From Candidatus Thalassarchaeum sp. (GTDB lineage Archaea; Thermoplasmatota; Poseidoniia; Poseidoniales; Thalassarchaeaceae), in NCBI GenBank assembly GCA_022449345.1, contig JAKURL010000004.1, positions 19,981-83,980 of the forward strand: DNA of 64,000 bases, given 5' to 3'. This document shows positions 39,588 to 48,806 of the stretch, piece by piece. Numbering within the stretch: position 1 is the stretch's first letter; each line of letters begins with the position of its first letter. The translations under genes were made by a program, and so were the position numbers. Below the pieces are notes generated by a model. It saw nothing but the letters and a program-made list of their open reading frames with translations. It was not told the DNA's origin and did no database searches.

Positions 39588-40175
39588 GTGGGATGGCTTA
39601 GAAGAGTAGTGTCTTCTGTGGCAGGATTGAAGAATGGTTCAGCATCGCGAGTGCTCATGGAGAGATTCGAGGTCAAGCGCGGACTAATCAAACAGGTAAC
39701 AGCAGAAGGAGGTCTTGCTGCATTAGCGAACAGACATTTTGAGGTTGTTGAGGCAAATGGAGACAACTCCTTTACCGGCTCCCACGACATCATGACTTCA
39801 ATCTCCGGACACTATTCGGACAAAGGCGCTCTAATCGTAAATGTGACTAATGTACCACCTAATTTCGATGATGCCGACGCAATGGCTCGCGCGCAAGATA
39901 CCCGAAGGCGCTGGACTACCTTCCTCGACCAATCAACCGGCTACAATTCAAAAAAGCGCGGAGACAAGGCAAAAGAATGGGCAAAGAAGGCCTCTAAGGC
40001 CAAATCAGCGGTTTCTGCTGCCCGTCACTTCATGGGTATGACCCACAATCTTTCTGACGAGGTGCGAGTTCAAGCTGAGGACCTAATCGCAGAAATCGAG
40101 GCCGCACTAGAGGACAAGGATAACACTCGCGCGGCCGGAAGAGGCGAGAAACTCAACAAACTGCTAGACGCCTGA
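39588..40175 (+). CDS. Hypothetical protein
   Basis: 195-aa ORF immediately upstream of tyrS and abutting it; no recognisable motif. Confidence 0.4.
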   Translation: MGWLRRVVSSVAGLKNGSASRVLMERFEVKRGLIKQVTAEGGLAALANRHFEVVEANGDNSFTGSHDIMTSISGHYSDKGALIVNVTNVPPNFDDADAMARAQDTRRRWTTFLDQSTGYNSKKRGDKAKEWAKKASKAKSAVSAARHFMGMTHNLSDEVRVQAEDLIAEIEAALEDKDNTRAAGRGEKLNKLLDA

Positions 40176-41306
40176 GTGATTCCGATGACAGCCGACGATA
40201 CGCCAAATGATCTCGCCCCAGAGGTCCGAGCATCCATCGATAGAATGTTTGCAAATGTCGAGGAAGTAGTCGGTATAGATCACCTCGCTGGAGTTCTTTC
40301 AGGCTCCAATAGCCATGGTGGCGACAACATAGTTCGGGCATACATTGGCTTAGAACCAAGTGGGAAAGCCCACCTTGGATGGGTTATTTTGGCCGAAACT
40401 ATTCGAAACATGCTCTCAGAGGGTGTCAATGTGCTAATTCTGCTTGCAGATTGGCATGCATGGGTTAACGATAAGTTCGGCCGAGACATGGAGAAAATTT
40501 CCGTCGCCGGTGAATATATGTCTGAGGTATTCCGAGTTCTACTCGATTTCCCAGAGGAAGGCGACGACTCTAGTCAATTACGATTTATGAGTGCGAGTGA
40601 AGTGATGGATTCTGGCGCTTATTGGGAACGCGTTCTACGATGCTCGAAAGGTATGAGCCTCAACCGAGCCCGTCGAACTTTCAGCATCATGGGACGAACT
40701 GAAGATTCCTCCGATGATGATTTAGCCGCCTTCTTCTATCCTCCAATGCAGGCGGCTGATATCTTCGAATTGGATATTGATATCGCCTTTGGTGGCATGG
40801 ATCAGCGTAAGGCGCACATGTACATGCGCGAGGTTGCAGATAGAAATGGCTGGACAAAGGCGACTTGTATCCACACGCCTATGCTTTCTGGGCTGAAGGG
40901 TCAGACTGGTGGAAGAATGGATTCATTCGATCATAAGATGTCAAAATCAGATTCTGGCAATGCTATCTTTGTTCACGACACGCCTAAGCAGATTGAGAGT
41001 AAGTTCCGCAAGGCATTCCTCGAAGTTGGTAACCCGGTATCTCCTGTATTCGAAATCGCAGCACATATCGTAATGCCCCACAACGGAGAATTGCGTGTGA
41101 AGCCAAAACCCGAATTTGGCGAACCAAGCACTTGGACAGATATGGAATCATTTGTCGCAGCAGTAGGTAGTGGCGAGATTCATCCATTCGATGCTAAAAT
41201 GGCGGTTGCTAGGGGCCTTACTGAGGTACTTTCCCCAGTTGTAGAGCATTTTGAGCGAAACAGCGGACTCCTAGATGCTGTAAATCAGATGACCGGCTCG
41301 CAGTAA
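40176..41306 (+). CDS. tyrS: Tyrosyl-tRNA synthetase (archaeal/eukaryotic type)
   Basis: The class I motifs are LEPSGKAHLGW (HIGH-like) and KMSKS. There is strong similarity to archaeal TyrRS through RARRTFSIMGR and AFGGMDQRKAHMYMRE. Confidence 0.8.
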   Translation: MIPMTADDTPNDLAPEVRASIDRMFANVEEVVGIDHLAGVLSGSNSHGGDNIVRAYIGLEPSGKAHLGWVILAETIRNMLSEGVNVLILLADWHAWVNDKFGRDMEKISVAGEYMSEVFRVLLDFPEEGDDSSQLRFMSASEVMDSGAYWERVLRCSKGMSLNRARRTFSIMGRTEDSSDDDLAAFFYPPMQAADIFELDIDIAFGGMDQRKAHMYMREVADRNGWTKATCIHTPMLSGLKGQTGGRMDSFDHKMSKSDSGNAIFVHDTPKQIESKFRKAFLEVGNPVSPVFEIAAHIVMPHNGELRVKPKPEFGEPSTWTDMESFVAAVGSGEIHPFDAKMAVARGLTEVLSPVVEHFERNSGLLDAVNQMTGSQ

Positions 41307-41395
41307 TGCGATTACAGTTCAGCACATTAGCCTGAATCGACGCCACAGGTATCATAACCCTCCCCTCACGGCGGGCGAGCGAAGGAGAAGAGACC

Positions 41396-42946
41396 ATGGC
41401 AGGCGTTGGAATCGATGACATCGCAATTCACTTTCCGAAGCTTTACTTTGACATGAAGGACTTCGCTGAGTTCCGCGGTGCTGATTTTGGCAAACTAAAC
41501 AAAGGTCTGGGACTAACTGCAATGGCTATCCCTGACGCTCACGAAGATACTGCCACAATGGGTGCAAATGCCTGTGCTCGACTAATCGACAGAAATGAGT
41601 TAGCCCCAAGAAAAATTGGACGAATTTACCTTGGCACAGAGTCCGCTCTTGACGGTGCAAAGCCAACTGCCACTTACATCATGGATATGCTAGAACAGCG
41701 CTACGATGACACCTACGGCAAGGATTGCTTCCGCAATTGTGACGTCGTCGACCTAACCTTCGCTTGTATTGGGGCCGTAGATGCAATGCACAACACATTG
41801 GATTGGGTTGCGCGAGGTGGAGTAGAACAGGATCGAATCGGTATTGTCGTATTCGCTGATAATGCCAAGTACGATCTCGGCTCATCCGGTGAATACACAC
41901 AGGGCGCAGGTGGAGGAGCCATTCTGATTCGCCACAACCCGCGCTTAATCGAAATCCCCGACAACTGGGGAGTCTCAACAATGCCGGTTCATGACTTCTT
42001 CAAGCCTCGAAGAGAGATTGAGATGAAGACAGTCGTCGAGAATGTCTTGGACCTTGCAGAAGAAGCAGGTGAACCGAAGAAGGAAGGATTGGTCGAAAAA
42101 ATTCTAGCAATCCTGCCTAAGTCTTCGAAGAAAGACGATATCATGTTTGAATCACACACATTGAAGATTCACAAAGACACACCGGTTTTCGACGGCGCTT
42201 TCTCAAACCGCTGTTATTCAGAATCAGTCAAGACCGCATTCATCGATTTCCGTCAGAAGGCAATCAACTCAGGACGATATGACCCAGAGAACGATGAGAT
42301 TCTCACTGAACAGTGGAATCGAATCATTGTCCACCTACCATACGCTTTCCAAGGCAAGAGAATGTTCCCTGACGTTTTCCGCCACGACAGGCGTCATTTA
42401 CCAATGTGGGAGAATATAGTCTCCGAGATTGGTCCAGAACCTTTCCCAGAAGACTTCCAGGACTCGCCAGAGGGCCTTGAAGAATTTGAGAGAGCCAACG
42501 ACTCTTATCGCCGCTTAATTTCCAAGACAGATGAGTTCAAGGAATTCATTGACCGTAGAATTGAGAAGACGCAAAGAGCGTCCAGCCTAATCGGCAATCA
42601 GTACACCGGTTCCATCTTCCTAGCTCTGATGTCAACCATGGAATCAGATTACCTCGATGGAACGGAGATGGAAGGTAAGCAGGTCGGCCTTTGTGGATAT
42701 GGATCTGGAGCTAAAGCCAAGGTTTTCGAAGGAATAGTTCAGCCGGAGTGGAAGGAAATTGCAAGCCGCTTCTCGCTATTCGCGAGACTGTCTTCTAGAA
42801 CTCCACTAGACAAGGACGTTTACGAAAGGTTGCACCGCGGTTCACAGAAGGATTCTGTGGTTATTCCAGCAAAGGAATTCGCGTTGGTAGGAATTGGCCG
42901 AGAAGGCAATCTTGAGGGGCAGAGAGAATACAGTTGGGTAGAGTAG
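41396..42946 (+). CDS. Hydroxymethylglutaryl-CoA synthase (long eukaryote/bacteria-like form)
   Basis: 516 aa. It aligns with HMGCS through GLGLTAM, YLGTESALDGAK, the catalytic Cys in TFACIGAVDA, GIVVFADNAKY and PVHDFFKP. Confidence 0.75.
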   Translation: MAGVGIDDIAIHFPKLYFDMKDFAEFRGADFGKLNKGLGLTAMAIPDAHEDTATMGANACARLIDRNELAPRKIGRIYLGTESALDGAKPTATYIMDMLEQRYDDTYGKDCFRNCDVVDLTFACIGAVDAMHNTLDWVARGGVEQDRIGIVVFADNAKYDLGSSGEYTQGAGGGAILIRHNPRLIEIPDNWGVSTMPVHDFFKPRREIEMKTVVENVLDLAEEAGEPKKEGLVEKILAILPKSSKKDDIMFESHTLKIHKDTPVFDGAFSNRCYSESVKTAFIDFRQKAINSGRYDPENDEILTEQWNRIIVHLPYAFQGKRMFPDVFRHDRRHLPMWENIVSEIGPEPFPEDFQDSPEGLEEFERANDSYRRLISKTDEFKEFIDRRIEKTQRASSLIGNQYTGSIFLALMSTMESDYLDGTEMEGKQVGLCGYGSGAKAKVFEGIVQPEWKEIASRFSLFARLSSRTPLDKDVYERLHRGSQKDSVVIPAKEFALVGIGREGNLEGQREYSWVE

Positions 42947-42948
42947 AC

Positions 42949-44196
42949 CTATCCTAATATTCCGGATAATTCATCGACGAACCTATCGATCTCTTCGGCA
43001 GTATTGTAGTGCAGTATTCCTACTCTGAGCGCACCTTCTGGTTCAAGCCCTAGTGCCTCGGATAATTCCAATGCGTAGAAATTCCCTGCCCAAGCAAAAA
43101 TACCCTGCTCAGCTAGAGCCGCCCCGATTTTCTCAGCGGTCATCGAAGGATGAGTGAAGGAGACCGTCGGGGCTCTATGCTGTTTCATCGAAGGGTCAGT
43201 TATGCCCCAAATCTTCAATCCATCTATTGTTTGTAGTCCTTCAATCATTTTCCAGCACAATTCTCTCTCGTATTCCTCAATTGCAGAAAACGCAACACTG
43301 AGAGCCTCTCTTCGACTCATTCCCTCACCAGAAAGCATTCTTCCTAGCCAAGCCAAATGCTCGATAGCGGCTAGAGTTCCAGCCATCGATTCATGACCTT
43401 GTGTTCCGGTCATCCATCTGAATGGAACCTCCTCTGAAGATACTCGTAATTTAGCCACGGGGAGCTCACCCAATCTGTCAAATCGACCCCAAAGAATACC
43501 TTGGTGGGTTCCGAAGAACTTGTACGAAGAGCAAGCGAGGTAATCACAGCCCATTGCGCCCACATCGATTAGTCCGTGAGGTGCATAATGCACCGCGTCC
43601 ACGAATACCTCGGCATCTATCGAATGGGCCTTGGAACAAATCCCCTTGACATCGTTAATTGTGCCAGAGAAATTAGATGCAGCACCAATTGCAACCATCA
43701 CCGTATTCTCGTTGATGCTTTCCTCGATGGTCTCAACACGGAGGGTGCAATCTGCAGGGTCGATGTCGATCCACCTCACTGTTGCGCCAGACCACTGCGC
43801 TGCTAGCACCCAAGGTCGAACATTTGCATCGTGGTCAGATCGGGTAACCACGACTTCGTCATTGGGCCCCCAGGTTCGACTGAGAGCGCTAGCAAGTTGA
43901 ATTGTCAGACTGGTCATATTCTGACCGAATACAATTTCCCGATGGTCATCGCAACCGATCAAATCTGCACATGCCCGCATGGTTTCCTCAATTAGTTCAT
44001 CAGTTTCTTTCGAGGTTGCGAATGACATACCAACGTTGGCGTTCTGATGCAAGAGATAATGCTTCACCGCGTCCCCAACGGATTCGGGAGATTGACTTCC
44101 CCCGGGGCCATCGAAAAAAATCGCTTGTTGGCCATTTATCTGACGATTTAGACCAGGGAATCGAGAACGAATCTGCTCTATCGGGTAATCCGACAT
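42949..44196 (-). CDS. Class V aminotransferase-fold PLP enzyme (cysteine-desulfurase-like but lacking the SufS catalytic Cys motif)
   Basis: 415 aa. The N-terminus is IRSRFPGL and the PLP-lysine context is SSYKFFG. No HHCA-type active-site Cys is present. Confidence 0.65.
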   Translation of the reverse strand: MSDYPIEQIRSRFPGLNRQINGQQAIFFDGPGGSQSPESVGDAVKHYLLHQNANVGMSFATSKETDELIEETMRACADLIGCDDHREIVFGQNMTSLTIQLASALSRTWGPNDEVVVTRSDHDANVRPWVLAAQWSGATVRWIDIDPADCTLRVETIEESINENTVMVAIGAASNFSGTINDVKGICSKAHSIDAEVFVDAVHYAPHGLIDVGAMGCDYLACSSYKFFGTHQGILWGRFDRLGELPVAKLRVSSEEVPFRWMTGTQGHESMAGTLAAIEHLAWLGRMLSGEGMSRREALSVAFSAIEEYERELCWKMIEGLQTIDGLKIWGITDPSMKQHRAPTVSFTHPSMTAEKIGAALAEQGIFAWAGNFYALELSEALGLEPEGALRVGILHYNTAEEIDRFVDELSGILG

Positions 44197-44200
44197 ACCA

Positions 44201-45376
44201 TCACTCCGGAGCGATGGAGCGGTTGATTACGATTCTCTGAACCTCTTGAGTTCCTTCGTAAATCTGAGTGATTTTTGCGTCGCGGAAGAATCGCTCAACT
44301 GGGAAATCTGTAGTGTAACCATATCCACCAAGAACTTGTACAGCACGTTCAGATACCCACATCGCTGTATCACCGGCGAATAATTTCGCCATACTAGCCT
44401 CCATCGAGTGTCTAGGCCCACCTCCCTCATAGTGCCGTTGTTTGGCCCAAGCTGCCTTGTAGACCATGTGTCTGGCCGCTTCGGTCTGGGTTGCCATATC
44501 GGCTAGGTAGTTCCCAATACTCTGGTGATGAGCAATGGGCTTACCAAATGCAACGCGCTGGTGAGCATAATTTAGCGCCGACTCATAGGCACCTTGAGCA
44601 ATTCCTAGTGCCTGAGCAGCAATACCAATTCGTGAGTTATCTAGAGCGTTCATGGCGATAGGGAATCCTTTGCCAGGTTCTTTCAGTACATTCTCTATAG
44701 GAATCTTACAGTCCTCTAGTAAGAGTGCACAGGTATCTGAGGAACGGATTCCCAATTTGTCCTCTTTCTTTCCAACGCTAAATCCTTCCATACTTGAATC
44801 TACGATGAATGCAGTAGTTCCACCATGCTTTTTAACACCATAATCGGGATGGTCAACATCCTTTGCGAAAAGCACGTATATATCAGCAGTGATTCCATTT
44901 GTGACCCACATCTTCTCTCCATTGAGAATGTAATGAGTTCCATCATCGCTGAGCTTGGCTCTGCAACCAAGCGCTGCTGCATCAGTTCCTGCACCCGCTT
45001 CTGAGAGTGAGTAAGCGCCAATTTCTCCCGCAGCCAAGCGGGTTAGGTAGCGCTGTTTCTGGTCTTCATTACCATGCAGCGCAATGGTCATCGAACAGAG
45101 TCCAACGTGGACACAGAACATTACCGAGAACGATGGGTCTACCCTTGCTAGTTCCTCAACGATAATTGCTTCAGAGATATCATCGATTGGATTTCCACTA
45201 TATTCTTCAGGAATTGTAATTCCTTGTAATCCATATTCACAGAAGGCTTTCCACTCTTCCAGTGGGGGCTTTTGGTCTCGATCTCGCTCTAAACAAGTTG
45301 GTGCTAGAACCTCTTCTGCAAAGTCACGAACCATCTCTCGAATCATGCTCTGTTCTTCCGTTTCGGCAAAGTCCAT
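44201..45376 (-). CDS. Acyl-CoA dehydrogenase (short/branched-chain type)
   Basis: 391 aa with the ACAD N-terminal, middle and C-terminal domains, and YEGTQEVQRIVI at the C-terminus. Confidence 0.85.
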   Translation of the reverse strand: MDFAETEEQSMIREMVRDFAEEVLAPTCLERDRDQKPPLEEWKAFCEYGLQGITIPEEYSGNPIDDISEAIIVEELARVDPSFSVMFCVHVGLCSMTIALHGNEDQKQRYLTRLAAGEIGAYSLSEAGAGTDAAALGCRAKLSDDGTHYILNGEKMWVTNGITADIYVLFAKDVDHPDYGVKKHGGTTAFIVDSSMEGFSVGKKEDKLGIRSSDTCALLLEDCKIPIENVLKEPGKGFPIAMNALDNSRIGIAAQALGIAQGAYESALNYAHQRVAFGKPIAHHQSIGNYLADMATQTEAARHMVYKAAWAKQRHYEGGGPRHSMEASMAKLFAGDTAMWVSERAVQVLGGYGYTTDFPVERFFRDAKITQIYEGTQEVQRIVINRSIAPE

Positions 45377-45465
45377 CTCGATTCCTCATATCACCGAGAA
45401 AGCCCCCGTTGTTAATACATCGTAAGTAGCGATAACTCGCTTATATCTAGAACGAATAATTCAAA

Positions 45466-46005
45466 TTGGAGTCCATTAGCGGAGCCTCGGAGATAATGAT
45501 GTCGGAGTCGGACTACTTCGAGTTTGGAGTCGCCCACGATCGCCGTTACACCCTTGAACACCTTTGGCTTCAATTGCTAGATGAAAAGGATGGAACCGTA
45601 AAGGTAGGAATGTCAGAATTCCTGCGCGCAGAGTACGGAGACGTAGTCCGTGTTATTTTGCCTCATCCACAAGACACGAGTGAGTTCGTTCTCGACGACG
45701 AAGGCACGGCTGGAATCCGTGATGATGGTGAGGAAGAAGGCGGAACAGAACCCGTCTCAACAGGAGATGAAATTGGTATCGGCGAATTACTAATCACTCT
45801 CCGTACGGTATCTGATAGAGTTCTGATCAATTCTCCATTCCCTTGCAAGGTGCTTGAACTCAATGGAGAAGTCGAAGATAATGCAGACCTTGCAAACGAT
45901 GACGCCTATGGTGATGGTTGGTTCCTAATCGTCAAGCCACACGAGTTTGATGAGAATCAATTCCTCGACGCAACTGAGTACATTGAATACCTAAATGAGT
46001 TGTGA
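45466..46005 (+). CDS. Glycine-cleavage H-protein-like domain protein with an acidic insert; the lipoyl-lysine position is occupied by Arg
   Basis: It aligns to GcvH through LEHLWLQ...DGTVKVGMSEF and DAYGDGWFLIVKP. The position equivalent to the lipoylated Lys in ESVKA reads TLRTV. Confidence 0.5.
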   Translation: MESISGASEIMMSESDYFEFGVAHDRRYTLEHLWLQLLDEKDGTVKVGMSEFLRAEYGDVVRVILPHPQDTSEFVLDDEGTAGIRDDGEEEGGTEPVSTGDEIGIGELLITLRTVSDRVLINSPFPCKVLELNGEVEDNADLANDDAYGDGWFLIVKPHEFDENQFLDATEYIEYLNEL

Positions 46006-47244
46006 TTATGGCCAGGCCAGAGCAGGCCACGTATCGGGTTCTCCTGACTGCCAATCGATGGTTTCGATCAGGGAAAGAACTTCATCGGCGCTACCTAGAT
46101 TGTCTTCGATTTGTCTCCTGTGAAGCCACCCCTTTAGTCGCCCAAGTCTAACTCCTGCTTCCAAGCCTGTGATTTGCATCAAATCTTCTCCACCAACCAA
46201 TGGCTTGTTGCCTGCAATCAATGGTTCAACTTCAGAAGCGGCTTGGGCAAAATCCTCTCCTAATTTACCGAAGTATGCCACAACTTCCTGCTTCATCGAG
46301 TCCGATAAGGCCGAGTTAAATCTTCTAAACGACTCAACCTCATGATTTAGGTCAGCGATTTGCAATTCGTGCAAAAAGGATATTGTGGAAGTCTCATCAT
46401 TAGAAAGTCTAAGAATATTCTTCAGATGGCCGGCAAGTTTTGTCCCTGAGCGATTATCATTTCTGCACAAAATAGCAAGATCGACTGCAGGGATTCCCGA
46501 AAACCGCTCAAATCCAGAGGCTCCTCCAAAAATGGTTTCGGGAATCACCTGAATTAGTATATTGGAATTTGCCATTAACTCAATCACTTCTGTGCGGCCG
46601 GTTCCTTGCATTATTCTCGATAACTCAGCCCACTTCCGCTCAGATGATACCTTGCTAAGCATATGCAAATTATCTCCAATCGCCGCTTGTAATTCCGAAT
46701 CTAGGCTTCTAGATCCTAATTTACCTGCGTCGAGGAATCGGAAAGCCCTCATGATTCTCAAGCCATCCTCAGAGATTCTCTCGTGGGCATTTCCGACCGC
46801 ACGGACTACTCCGGCCACAAGGTCCTCCATTCCACCAAATTCATCGATTAAGTCGCCACTTCTAGGGTCTAGGGCCATGGCGTTGATTGTGAAGTCCCGT
46901 CGAGCCAAATCTTCTATGATATCATCGCCAAATTCGACCTCGTCTGGTCGCCGACCATCTCCATAGGATCCATCAGTGCGCAGAGTAGTGTCTTCCCAAG
47001 ATTTTTCACTTTCCTCATCGAGCACCAGAATCGTTCCAAACGCCGCCCCTACGGGGATTGTCTTGTCAAATAATTCCGTTACAACTTCAGGGCGAAGATT
47101 TGTTGCAATATCCATTTCACCGGGCTCAAGGCTTTGCAGTGAATCTCTAACCCAACCACCAACAACCCAAGCATCACCTTGATCGCATAGCCTGTCTAGT
47201 ACTCGCCTATCGGAGGCTGTGAGTCGGCTCAGTAGGTCGCCCAT
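46006..47244 (-). CDS. cca: Class II (bacterial-type) tRNA nucleotidyltransferase/poly(A) polymerase-family enzyme, putative CCA-adding
   Basis: The N-terminal head domain has VVGGWVRDSL (the GGxVRD signature) and ...DIATN. A neck/body region follows. Confidence 0.65.
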   Translation of the reverse strand: MGDLLSRLTASDRRVLDRLCDQGDAWVVGGWVRDSLQSLEPGEMDIATNLRPEVVTELFDKTIPVGAAFGTILVLDEESEKSWEDTTLRTDGSYGDGRRPDEVEFGDDIIEDLARRDFTINAMALDPRSGDLIDEFGGMEDLVAGVVRAVGNAHERISEDGLRIMRAFRFLDAGKLGSRSLDSELQAAIGDNLHMLSKVSSERKWAELSRIMQGTGRTEVIELMANSNILIQVIPETIFGGASGFERFSGIPAVDLAILCRNDNRSGTKLAGHLKNILRLSNDETSTISFLHELQIADLNHEVESFRRFNSALSDSMKQEVVAYFGKLGEDFAQAASEVEPLIAGNKPLVGGEDLMQITGLEAGVRLGRLKGWLHRRQIEDNLGSADEVLSLIETIDWQSGEPDTWPALAWP

Positions 47245-47318
47245 GACACTCCTCCTCGTAGTTCAAACATCAATCCGTCGGGCATTATGCCTATCTGTGA
47301 GGTCCCTTTTCGGGGGTC

Positions 47319-47732
47319 ATGGAGGTCGAGTTGGTGCCACTGGAGATCCTTCGCCCTCATGAGCAAATAATCGATAATAAGGTGGACCAATTAGAGCGTG
47401 TGACCCATCGCTGGAACGCGTACACAAAGCCACTTCTTCTAGATTTAGCGACCGGAACCATCCTTGATGGACACCATCGATACCGCGTTGCACAGAGGAT
47501 TGGTTTACTCTGTGTTCCATGTGTTCTAATCGATTATCTTGAAGACGACACGATAGAACTTGACCTTTGGCCTAATTCCGGTCGTGAAACAATTTCTAAG
47601 CAGGATGTTATCGATGCCGCTCTATCTGGAGAATTGATGCTGCCGAAGACCAGTAGGCATCGTCTTTCTGATCATCTTCCACCAATCGCTGTACCTCTTT
47701 CTAGATTGAGGCAACCAGCGGTTGATAATTGA
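47319..47732 (+). CDS. Stand-alone ParB/sulfiredoxin-fold (ParB-like nuclease domain) protein
   Basis: 137 aa. The ParB N-domain pattern is LEILRPHEQ...LLLDLATGTILDGHHRYRVAQRIG. Confidence 0.55.
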   Translation: MEVELVPLEILRPHEQIIDNKVDQLERVTHRWNAYTKPLLLDLATGTILDGHHRYRVAQRIGLLCVPCVLIDYLEDDTIELDLWPNSGRETISKQDVIDAALSGELMLPKTSRHRLSDHLPPIAVPLSRLRQPAVDN

Positions 47733-47739
47733 GTCGAAA

Positions 47740-48735
47740 TTATTGTTCAGCTAGGAGATTATTCGCTGAAGAAGCGATAAGCACGTCATTGGAGTCGGCC
47801 AGCTCCTTCACAATGGATAGTGTAGATTCAGGAATAGGCCGCCCAATTAGGTCCTCAATTAGTTGCGAACGCATCTCGGCTGAGCGCGAATCATCATCCA
47901 ACAAATCATTTCGAAGATTCGCGCCAGATTCACTTCTTTCACCACGAAGTAATCGAATCAACAGCATCTCCGAAGCATTCGAGTTTAATTTCTCAGGTAA
48001 TCCTTCAAATGATGCCCAGTTTGCATCCCTTAGGCTTCGCGCGAATCGGTTAACGAAAGCGGTATCTGAATCGCCAATCCATTCTTCGATCTTGTTTGGA
48101 GACGACTCTAGGAGAATGCTGGCGATTCGAGCCTTAACTTCCCCTTTTGACTCTGAAACCAATTCATTTAACCGATATTCGACGTCATCATCTAACGCAG
48201 AAGAATTTGCCTGAATGATTCCAAGCGCCGACGCCCTCACGGACTCGGATTCGTCTGAAAGAAGTTGCAAAATCACTCGTGAATCTACGTTTTCCAATCT
48301 AGAAACTTGTTCCGCGGCGGCCCTGCGAACGGCCCTATCCTCGACGATTAACGCCTCTGGGATTGAAGCTTCATCGACCAACATTCTAGCCTTCCAAGCG
48401 GCCAATCTGATGTTCGCCTCATCGTCGGTGCAAAGTTGGGATAGGATTGCCAGCCCCGCTCCTCCTGCCCTTACCGCAATCCTCGCGGCCAACGATCTTC
48501 GAGAATTCTCGGCTGATTGAGATAGTTTTTCGATAAGGGCAAGATCTTTGCTGGCAGCCCATTTTTCAATCGCCTCGAGAGCCTTTTCTCTGAACCAAGG
48601 ATCGGGGTCATCCAGCAGTTTTTCGAATCCATCCAAAGCATCTGGATCGTCCATCTCGAATAGATGCCTGACAGCTCTACGACGCTGTCGCACATCGCTA
48701 TGGTTTAACTTGGCCAATGCAGGCCTGACGCTCAT
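47740..48735 (-). CDS. HEAT/PBS-lyase-type repeat protein
   Basis: 331 aa of tandem units of about 30 aa (DPDPWFREKALEAIEKW, VRRAAAEQV, NIRLAAWKA). Confidence 0.55.
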   Translation of the reverse strand: MSVRPALAKLNHSDVRQRRRAVRHLFEMDDPDALDGFEKLLDDPDPWFREKALEAIEKWAASKDLALIEKLSQSAENSRRSLAARIAVRAGGAGLAILSQLCTDDEANIRLAAWKARMLVDEASIPEALIVEDRAVRRAAAEQVSRLENVDSRVILQLLSDESESVRASALGIIQANSSALDDDVEYRLNELVSESKGEVKARIASILLESSPNKIEEWIGDSDTAFVNRFARSLRDANWASFEGLPEKLNSNASEMLLIRLLRGERSESGANLRNDLLDDDSRSAEMRSQLIEDLIGRPIPESTLSIVKELADSNDVLIASSANNLLAEQ

Positions 48736-48806
48736 GTTGCTGTCGAATCAAAAGGTTGGCATGAACGCTACGCAATTGCAACCCCAATAGGTTCAGCCGA
48801 TTTGAT

